From positions 52,316,055-52,355,500 of the forward strand of contig NC_068981.1 of the NCBI RefSeq assembly GCF_001194135.2: a stretch of 39,446 nt of DNA, in the 5' to 3' direction. Position numbers and translations under genes: made by a program. Numbering within the stretch: position 1 is the first letter of the stretch; each line of letters starts with the position of its first letter. Under the pieces are notes generated by a model. That model searched no databases and was not told the origin of the DNA. It saw only the letters and a list, made by a program, of their open reading frames with translations. The stretch is from Octopus bimaculoides (Eukaryota). Below are positions 31,101 through 39,446 of the stretch, piece after piece.

Positions 31101-34100
31101 CTTGTATCTGTGGAAAGTTGGTAATGGATGTTTGGTACCCATTGATTCCAGGTGTCCTGGGGAACTGAGTGATTCAAATTTGGCAATATCACTGCATCTG
31201 TTACAAATACAAGTGATCTTGCTTCAACATTGATAGAGAGAGCTGACTTGACGTGTACAAAAAGATATTGACTTGCTAGGTCTCAATAATGATTATTGCT
31301 GCTATCTGCCAGCACCTCAACACCAACTACTGCTATAACGTCTACCACTATCACCAATATCAATGTAGACAGCTACCTTCACCACTATTCCTTCCAATCT
31401 ACAGGTAGCCATCCACCACCACCCCCACTATGACCTGAACAACTACTGGCAATACCATTTTTGGAGAATAGTTGCTGCTACTACACTTGCCTGTTGCTAC
31501 CACCACCACCATCTGGACAAAGCAGGATCACTGCCTGTACAGCAATTAACATGGCAAGATCTAAATAAGCTAACATTTATTTAAGCCATTCACTTCTAAT
31601 GATGAACCTTTATGCTTGAAATATATAAAAGTTTCTTAACTTTACCTTTTTGCATTGTAAGCTGTCCATCTTCGTTATTTGCTATTTTATTTCTGTATCA
31701 CAATGCTTCCAGCAAACTGCAATGTTCTTCATATATATAGTTATAAATATTAATATATATTTGTTTGTGATAGAATCTGTAAAATTTCATTTTATTTCAG
31801 AAAATTGGCAATTCCAGTTGAAGCTGAAGAATTTGCAAAAGAAAAGAATTTTGAAATTAAGGGTTATGTATTTGATGCTAAAGTAGAAGATATCCGACCT
31901 CAACGCCTTGTCCGTATTGGAGCTATCCAAAATCAAATTATAGAGAGTACCTCTGCTTCAATCACTGCACAAGTGAGTATATAAATTCATACATCTGGGT
32001 CAATTTAAGCTCCTCACTACATTGCTATTACTTATCCCTTTTCCCCTAAAATCAATCTAGCAATTAATATTTATAAAAAGTTGAGGTTTTTTTTTTATTT
32101 GTTCACTGAAGTAGTAGACTCATTGAAGTGTCTTAAGCCCTACTGTTGATCTATCTAAAGAATTTCCAAGTGTATATCAAAAGATAGTTTCGTCAACATT
32201 GCATTGCTTTCTTTGGTCAAATACATTGATTTTATTTGTTCTCGGTTTATCTGCAATCTCACTTCATATCCAGTGACTACTTTTCAAAAGGACAACCAGT
32301 TCTAAAATAAAGATTCTTATAATTCACTCAAATGTTTGAAATTCTTGCTCCATTTAATCTAGGTTTTTGTGAGAAAACAAACTACTGACAATCATAGCTT
32401 TATCAAAAGACAACACTTGTTCAAACTGTAAAAAATAAGCACACACACAAATATATTGTTATCTATTGTATCATATTTTATCATCACTGATAAAGGAAGC
32501 AGGCAGATATAATTGTGTACTTATACACATAAGCAAGAATGCACTCGCAAACATGCACTCGCAAACATGCACGCTTGCACGATAATATACTTTATTAATG
32601 TTTTAAGTGACTACTGCTTGGTCTGAATACTTATTCTATGACACATACCATATACATATGTAGTCACTAAAAACATTAATAAAGTATATTATCAACAAAA
32701 GGCCTTATGAGACAATATGAAAACATTTTGGCAATAAAAAACATATCATTATCATCATCATCATTTAACATCTGTTGTCTATGCTGGCATGGGTTGGACG
32801 GTTTGACGCTGAGGTGCTGCACCAGACTCCAGTCTGATTTGACGTGATTTCTACGGCTGAATACCCTTCCTAACATCAACTGCTCTGAGAGTGTAATAGG
32901 TACTGTTACATGCCACCGGCACAGGTGCCAGTTGCATGACACCAGTATCTGCCATGACTACAATTTCACTTAGCTTGATGGGTCTTCTATACACATGGAA
33001 ATGTTATTATGAAAGGCTGCTAAATGTAGAGAACATAAGGAAAAAGAAGAAACTACAGAGGTCTTAAACTATTGGGTCAGCTTATGAAGATGAGAGAAAG
33101 AATTATAGCACATTTGATTAGGAAGAGAATTAACATAGATGCAATGCAATTTAGTTTTATACCAAGTAGAAGTATTACCAATGTTTAAGACTACTTCCAG
33201 CTGTTTAAAATAATACCATTTCAAGAGAAATTATATATTTCATGTTCTTGTATAAATTTTCAACCATCTTAGTTTCAAAATAACTGGAATTTCCATAGGT
33301 ACTGCTAGTTCCTGTAAATATTAGTTATGTAATTAAAGGCAATTTGTTGGTTTTAGTAAATGTACATATAATATTTCTTTTAACTTGTGTCATTATAGTA
33401 AATGATTTTCAAAATTTTATTTTCAAACCTAGCGTGATGCTATTCACAAAAGAATATGTAACATTATCAAGGCTGCCTCTCTATGTGGTGTCAATATTCT
33501 GTGTCTTCAAGAAGCATGGTGTAAGTTAGCCATTTTATTAATATTTAATCTTCATCATCATCATCATCATCATCATCATTTAACATCCATGTTCCATGCT
33601 GGCAGGGGTTGGACTGTTTGACAGGATCTGAAGTGTATAAGGACTGCATTGTGCTCTAATGTCTGCTTTGGCATGGTTTCTGTGACTGGATGCACTTTCT
33701 AACGCCAATCACTTAACAGCATGGACTGGGTGCTTTTTTTCATGCCACTTACACTATTGAGATCGCAAGGACTACAGACCCTGGGGGAGGGAAGGTGACA
33801 GCTTCAGGCTAGGGGACAAGGGAATTACTATGAGATGATGTCATAGGGCAGGTTCTTGTAGAGGTATCTGCATGGCTACTCATATCTTGTGGGAAAGGGA
33901 CAGAGAGAAAAAGATCAGCATAACCCCCACAAGGCACAAACTGAGCAGAAGTGGGTAGGTGGGCGGTTGAGTTGATGGTTTACAGAATTGTATGGAAAGC
34001 AAAATGAGGAGATGGAGAGGCAGACTGCCAAAATGGGTAGGGTTTAATGGTGAGCAAGCAAAGGACCATGGACCGGGGAAGATAAGAGTGATACAAAAGA

Positions 34101-37100
34101 GAGTGGTGAGGTGAGCAGCAGAAGTAGTAAAAATGATACAGTTGCCATGAGGGAGGACAAGAGAGAGAGAGAGATGACATGGTTGGGTAGTCTGAGAGAA
34201 CCAGAGGTAAGGAGGCAGGTGTAATGTATAAAGGTGAAAGGGAGAGTCACTATAACATGGGTGCAGAGCACAAAACAGCTAAGAAGGACAACTACTTCGC
34301 CGTAGTTGTACTTGTTTGGCAAATGACTTGATCTGAGAGTGTGTATTAAAACTGAAGCAATTACATCATGAAAAAACTACTTTAACCATTTTGAAAATTT
34401 GATTATTTTCACATACATTAGTCTAAAAACTGAACAGATTATTTATCTGGTTTTGATTAGATATGCCTTTTGCCTTTTGTACTCGAGAAAAGTATCCATG
34501 GTCTGAATTTGCTGAGAATGCTACAACTGGACCTACAACCAAGCTGTTGCAACAGGTGATTATTTTCAACGATTTTCTCTTAAAAGCTATCACATCCATA
34601 AGGCAGTAAGTCAGTGTTGTTGGTACAGGTAAACACCTATATGAACAACAGCTGTTTTTAGAGATTAATTTTCTAATGATGTTTGTAGAAATATAATTTA
34701 TCACAATATCATTCTTATCTTTGTTTCTTAAAACTGGCAGGAATTTTCAAGTTTCAGTCAGCTATCATTATCATATTAAATGATATATCTTATATAAATA
34801 TTTATTTTGGATAAAGATTAAGCTTGAAACTCTAATTAACCTTTTGACATTCATAATAAAATCAACTGAATTAAATGGGTTGTGTTATAAAAGGATAATG
34901 CAAAGAAAAACCTAGCTTCCTAGATTTATAAGAAGCTACAATGAGAGCAAAAAGTAACATGAACAAAGTCAAGTACAGATTGGTTTGAATAATATCAGTC
35001 TCTACCACTCAGTTTGAATACTAAATGTGTATTAAATTTGATCTTTGTTGATTTTTTTTTTGTTTTAATCAAATGAAAAAGAGTGATTATATATTATAAA
35101 AAGATCCAAGTGTATGCATATATCTATTTTGTATTCAATTATCCATACTTTCATGTGTAAGATGGTTTACTTCATTTTTATTTTTTTAAACTGCAGCAAC
35201 ACATACAAGCTATTGAGAATTATTATGACCCAAAATACATAAATAGAAAATAAATTATTCATTAATACCTTATTTTTCTATAACCCCAATAATTATTGAT
35301 ATTGAGTCAATAGTTCATTATTGAGGTGATAGAGAAACAAAGTATTTTGAAGATGTGTGACAAGGAAAGTATTTCAGACTTTAGTGATAGGGTCTGGAGA
35401 TCTTGAAAGTTATATATAAATATTACTGGTAATATTTCCTCCTAAAAGAGGATAAACATAATAGTGATTTATCTTTAGCTATTTTGCTGCTTAATTTATT
35501 TCTTAGATTATTAGGAATTTGCAATGCTGTATCACAAAAGTAGATAAGACAGATCTCTCTCTTTCTCTCTCAACACTCCCAGAAAGCTTGATATTTTTCT
35601 TAACAGCTAAGTAGATTGATACATGAAAAACATAGTGTTTGTGTCCCAGTGAAATGTTTGAAGCTAGTTTGAACTTACGATACATTGTCTGTTAATTCAT
35701 ATTCTAACATTAAAAGAAAACTGTTTCTTACCCTTCAAGGTTGATGTTGCTTAAACTCAGGTTGTTCCTCTTTGAGCAGCCCTTTGATGAAAGAAGTTCC
35801 AGCCATAACCATCCAGTCTATTTTGTTCATTCATGACTACAGTATCTAATATGTCCTTCTGTTAAAACCATAGGGTGTGAATTGAAAGAGATTTGACTTT
35901 TGTTTCTAGTAGATCAAATGATCAGAGCATATTCTCATTGGCTCACTTAGTTATGGTTAAAGGAAGAACTGGAGAGGGTGGAATGGTTAGCATAACTCTG
36001 AGTGGTTGGCGTTAGGAAGGGCATCCAGCTGTAGAAACTCTGCCAAATCAGACTGGAGCCTGGTGTTGCCATCCGGTTTCACCAGTCCTCAGTCAAATCG
36101 TCCAACCCATGCTAGCATGGAAAGCGGACGTTAAACGATGATGATGAATGTATCATAATACAATTCTAAACACCCAGTAATCAGTGCTAGTGGTAATGTT
36201 TTTACTTACATAGATTTTAATCTGAAATATTACTATTATAAAGCTTATTGAAATAGAAATGTTCTCATATTTATTTACACGTTTTTTTTTTTATGTTTCA
36301 ATGTCTTTCAGATGGCTAAGATGTTCAACATGGTGATTATCTCACCAATATTGGAGAGAGACGAGGTTCATGGTGATATCCTTGCTAATACTTGCGGTAT
36401 GTTCTCATGTTTGAAACATTTGTTACTTCCATATTCATTTCATTTGTGGTGAATTTCCCTTGATAAAGTGAAGATTACATTAGAGATGTGCCGGTAAGGT
36501 AAACTCCCACCCACAGATTTGATTTACTGCCACTATTGTCAGTGATCAACCATGTGAGCATGCTTATTCGCTGACAGTAAGTAACAGCTCATGGCAATAT
36601 CAGAAGAAATGGCAACACTCTGTCAACTATTTCTAACGAACAATCAGTGTTTAACATCAGGTTATATTAACACTCATATCTAATTGGTAGACTTAGAAGA
36701 GTAGTAGTGATAGTTGCAATGATAACAGTGGGACAGCTACACAGTAACCACTGCAATAACTAGCTTTTACCAATTGTGACCAGCTCAACAGAGACTCAAC
36801 TACTTCAGTTATAACTATGTACTAAGCTATTACCATGACCATCTCATTGGTGGTGACTTCAATTACAGCTGTGCATTAAAATCATTACAAAGACAAGTCA
36901 ACATTTGTAGCTACAGCTTTGCTAGTCAGAACTTTCTACAACATACTTTATTAACATACTTCCCACTTTTTTTTTATGCGGAGTTGATGTCAACTCATTG
37001 AAGTCTTTTACATGATACATTAATTTTAGGCTTTATCAGCAAGTATAAAATATATTTTCCCATTCTGTGATCTTTATAATTTATTCTGCATAATATCTAT

Positions 37101-39001
37101 GGTTGAATTATATTTCTTATACATTCATTGTAACTTATTTAACTTCTATATTTCTTATATATTTACTTTGAATTTTGCAAATATTAATTACAACCGAATC
37201 CCTACAAAAAACTGAACTTGTGCCTCGTCAGAATAAATTAATTTTTATGAATTCCATTGAGCAAAGTTCCTGGTTCCCAACCATCAAATGATGTGTTTCA
37301 GTTATTGTAGTTTACAGTTCTTTTTGCATATTTTATTCATCAGAACCAGGGGAATCTAAATAACTATGCACAACAAGTAGTTATATGAAGCAATTATCCT
37401 TTAAAGGCTTACACATCTATGATTAACATGTGTTTCTTGGGGCCACTCTACATACAAGATCTAGTTGCATGTTGTTCATATTTAAAAAAGAGAATAGCAT
37501 TTTCTTAATATGGGTAGTAATTGTGTCACTGTGCTTTTGAAAGAGTCACAATTGGAATGACCCTATTGGAGGATGTTTTCGAGGTCTCTCTTCATAGAAT
37601 TGGTGCATGCTTAGGGTGAGATACAATGTCTGCAGATGACATTTGAGTGCAGAAGATTAGAGAGGAATGAAGGGTACTTCCATCTGTAAAGGGGTGTATA
37701 TTGTTGGTGGAGGGCATGTAGCTTGTTAATGTATATGAGGAAGAGTATAAAGATAAAAAAAGACAAACCTGGATACACCAAGGTTGACAGTGTGGGTTAA
37801 TTAAAGCACATGTCATAATGATGCAATCTGACAGAAAACCAGATCCAAGACCTGAGATAGAAGGAACGTTTTGATAAACACTGTCAATGCATTGGTGATG
37901 TTGATACAACAATCTTTTGAAATTTCTTGAGGTTGAAGACTCACAGCTGAGTAACATGGGAGAGTAGGTCTTCTGTAGATCTAGCTTTAAAAAAGCCAAA
38001 CCAGTTATCATAAGGGAGAGAAAGTCAAGGTGTTGGAGAGAAGGTTGTTAATGAGGTGTTGGAAGTGAGTGTGATAAGATAGATAAGTTGGAAAACTATA
38101 TGCTTCATTTCAAAATATACCTTACCTCTCATGTATTGCTTTTGTTTTACATGTATCTTTTATTGATTATGTTTGTTTTGTTTTTTTTAATTACTTTAGT
38201 GATCATTTCAAACAGTGGCAATATTATTGGAATCACACGTAAGAATCATATCCCCAGAGTTGGGGATTTCAACGAGGTATTATTTATTTATTGTTCATTT
38301 ATATAACATTGCAGAATCTACATCACTATGCTAAAATAAGAGATAAATAAAACAACCAATTATTAAGTAATTTTAAATTTATATATCTAAATCATACTGT
38401 TATGTTATAATTAGTAAAAAAAACAACTAGTTTCAAGCTTCTGCTAGATGGAAAAAGTAAATTAGTAAGGTGTATGTCCTCTAATCTCTCTCTTAGCTGA
38501 GAGGTCCTAGTCTTGTGGATTCATGGGTGCTGGTACCACATAAAAGCACCTGTGCTGGTGCTACACAAATACTCTCATGCTGGTGCTACATAAAAGCACC
38601 CATGCTGGTGTCAAATAAAAACGCCCTTGCCAGTGTCACATTAAAAGTACCCACTACACTCAGTAAAGTGGTTGGCATTAGGAAGGGCATTCAGCTGTAG
38701 AAACAATTCCAAAACAGATAAATGGAGCTCAGGCTACTCTCCAGCTGGCCAGCTCCTGTCAACTGTTCAACCCATACCAGCATAGAGAACAGACGTTAAA
38801 TGACAATGATGATAATTACTTGCTCCTTCCATTTTGCATGTTAAGCTTTTGTTTAGATTATTCTACAATGTTCTTCAACCAGAGACAATAGGCTTTTATT
38901 GTAGTTGCTTTGAATTTTATATAATAATTGTTATTATTATTTTCAGTCTACTTATTATATGGAAGGCAATACTGGACATAGAGTGTTTGAGACGAAATGG
39001 G
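28037..39001 (+). CDS. UPB1: UPB1 beta-ureidopropionase (beta-alanine synthase), 5' partial: join(28037..28137,31801..31972,33433..33520,34461..34555,36312..36396,38200..38276,38947..39001), continues past window
   Basis: 673 nt in matching phases. Contains [26 protein letters not shown] (nitrilase catalytic Glu), [30 protein letters not shown] (catalytic Lys) and STYYMEG. The catalytic Cys exon lies beyond the window. Confidence 0.96.
28787..29073. mobile_element. Plus-strand SINE interrupted by an inverted SINE copy (about 28886-29006)
   Basis: Plus head/body, then the reverse complement of a related 3' half, then the plus tail resumes. Confidence 0.8.
29660..30520 (+). mobile_element. Degenerate Gypsy pol fragment (RNase H, integrase zinc finger, start of core) in UPB1 intron 1
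   Basis: [14 protein letters not shown]...PVSFF...YSTFGREL...TDYKPL...AADALSR; HSLAHPG...TCIACQKAK (HHCC); HIDIVGPLP. One stop and one frameshift. Confidence 0.92.
31801..31972 (+). CDS. UPB1: UPB1 exon 2: [57 protein letters not shown]
   Basis: tttatttcag|a ... caa|gtgagt; 172 nt. Confidence 0.95.
32750..32990 (-). mobile_element. RTE-type 3' end retroposon
   Basis: catcatcatttaacatctg...gctggcatgggttggacgg...cttcctaacatcaac. Confidence 0.75.
33433..33520 (+). CDS. UPB1: UPB1 exon 3: [29 protein letters not shown]
   Basis: cctag|cgt ... t|gtaagt; 88 nt. Confidence 0.95.
33555..33760 (-). mobile_element. RTE-type 3' end retroposon
   Basis: (cat)n ttaacatccatgttccatgctggca...ctggatgcactttctaacgccaatcac. 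Confidence 0.75.
34461..34555 (+). CDS. UPB1: UPB1 exon 4: (Y)[31 protein letters not shown]
   Basis: gattag|at ... cag|gtgatt; 95 nt. Confidence 0.95.
35995..36147 (+). mobile_element. RTE-type 3' end retroposon, low divergence
   Basis: Near-exact reverse complement of 1385-1540. Confidence 0.85.
36312..36396 (+). CDS. UPB1: UPB1 exon 5: [28 protein letters not shown]
   Basis: ctttcag|atg ... g|gtatgt; 85 nt. Confidence 0.95.
37590..38040 (-). mobile_element. Degenerate CR1/I-group LINE RT fragment in UPB1 intron 5
   Basis: Across frameshifts: [14 protein letters not shown] ... GFLSD ... LFLIYINKL ... [13 protein letters not shown] (decayed YADD block). Confidence 0.65.
38200..38276 (+). 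CDS. UPB1: UPB1 exon 6: (V)[25 protein letters not shown]
   Basis: actttag|tg ... gag|gtatta; 77 nt. Confidence 0.95.
38510..38812 (+). mobile_element. RTE-type 3' end retroposon with five 25-bp tandem units
   Basis: tgctggt-type motif at 38528, 38553, 38578, 38603 and 38628, then the family tail. Confidence 0.8.
38947..39001 (+). CDS. UPB1: UPB1 exon 7: [18 protein letters not shown](G)
   Basis: tttcag|tct ... g|gtgagt; 55 nt. Confidence 0.95.
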
Positions 39002-39117
39002 GTGAGTTACTAACTTTTACTGTCTTTGTAGTTCAGCCAAAAGTGTTAAGTACTGAGAAAGAAAATTTTTTACAATTGAATGGTTCACCATAGGTAGGAA
39101 CAGAATTGTAAAAATGA

Positions 39118-39446
39118 GATACAAATAATTACAGAGGCATCAAGCTGTTAGATCAGGTTATGAAAGTTACAGAGAGGGTCATAGCCCAACTAATTAGGGA
39201 GCGAATCAATTTAGATGAGATGCAGTTTGGGTTCGTGCCAGGTAAAAGCACTACTGATGCCTTATTTCTAGTGAGACAGTTGCAAGAGAAATACCTAGCC
39301 AAGGATAAACCTCTGTACCTGGCTTTCGTTGACATGGAGAAAGCCTTTGACAGGGTCCCCCGATCCCTTATCTGGTGGTCAATGAGGAAACTTGGGATAG
39401 AAGAATGGCTAGTGAGAGCTGTGCGAGCCATGTACAGAGATGCGGC
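39118..39446 (+). mobile_element. RTE-clade LINE reverse transcriptase, uninterrupted frame running off the window, in UPB1 intron 7
   Basis: NYRGIKLLDQVMKVTERVIAQLIRERINLDEMQFGFVPGKSTTDALFLVRQLQEKYLAKDKPLYLAFVDMEKAFDRVPRSLIWWSMRKLGIEEWLVRAVRAMYRDA. Confidence 0.93.

Noticed and set aside
38528-38652. Repeat-spacer-like periodic motif (also 12981-13195) resembling a CRISPR array
   Set aside because: Eukaryotic intron context, the spacers are homologous to each other, no cas genes, and it is part of a dispersed retroposon tail.
4432-39001. Minor-spliceosome (U12) introns in either gene
   Set aside because: All donors read are U2-type (gtaaga, gtgagt, gtacgt, gtaaag, gtaagt, gtgatt, gtatgt, gtatta); none is GTATCCTT or AT-AC.
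39153-39431. 92-aa minus-strand ORF
   Set aside because: Antisense shadow of the RTE RT frame on the plus strand.
4432-39446. Functional cluster linking ZSWIM7 and UPB1 through a shared bidirectional promoter
   Set aside because: Start codons are about 12.9 kb apart with many insertions between them, and the pathways (recombination repair vs pyrimidine catabolism) have no established link.

Overview
AT-rich, repeat-dense animal genomic DNA from a gapped draft assembly (main N runs about 1827-2343, 8542-8586, 18203-18439, 21137-21391, 26937-27547 and 29526-29555). The SINE/RTE repeat families look like those of octopod cephalopods (inference, not verified). Two spliced genes, both largely invisible in the ORF track, were rebuilt by hand from GT-AG boundaries and reading phase. 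(1) A complete ZSWIM7/SWS1 gene on the minus strand: 7 coding exons, 15156->4432, 417 nt, 138 aa, with a CxC...CxH SWIM zinc finger and two frame-shifting microexons of 22 and 26 nt. (2) The first 7 coding exons of UPB1 (beta-ureidopropionase, nitrilase family) on the plus strand, 28037->39001, continuing beyond the window. The genes are divergent and about 12.9 kb apart. The spacer and introns hold fragments of many transposon lineages (RTE, Tx1/L1, CR1/I-like and R4/Dong-like LINEs; Gypsy pol pieces; a tRNA-Trp-primed LTR; several SINE families; a hAT MITE; a Helentron-type HINE; a 325-bp foldback) and a telomere-like array. I found no convincing new gene system. The most unusual structures are an LTR followed by its PBS and a second LTR-end-like motif, flanked by an atypical 8-bp target duplication, and a telomere-like higher-order repeat held inside inverted repeats just upstream of UPB1.
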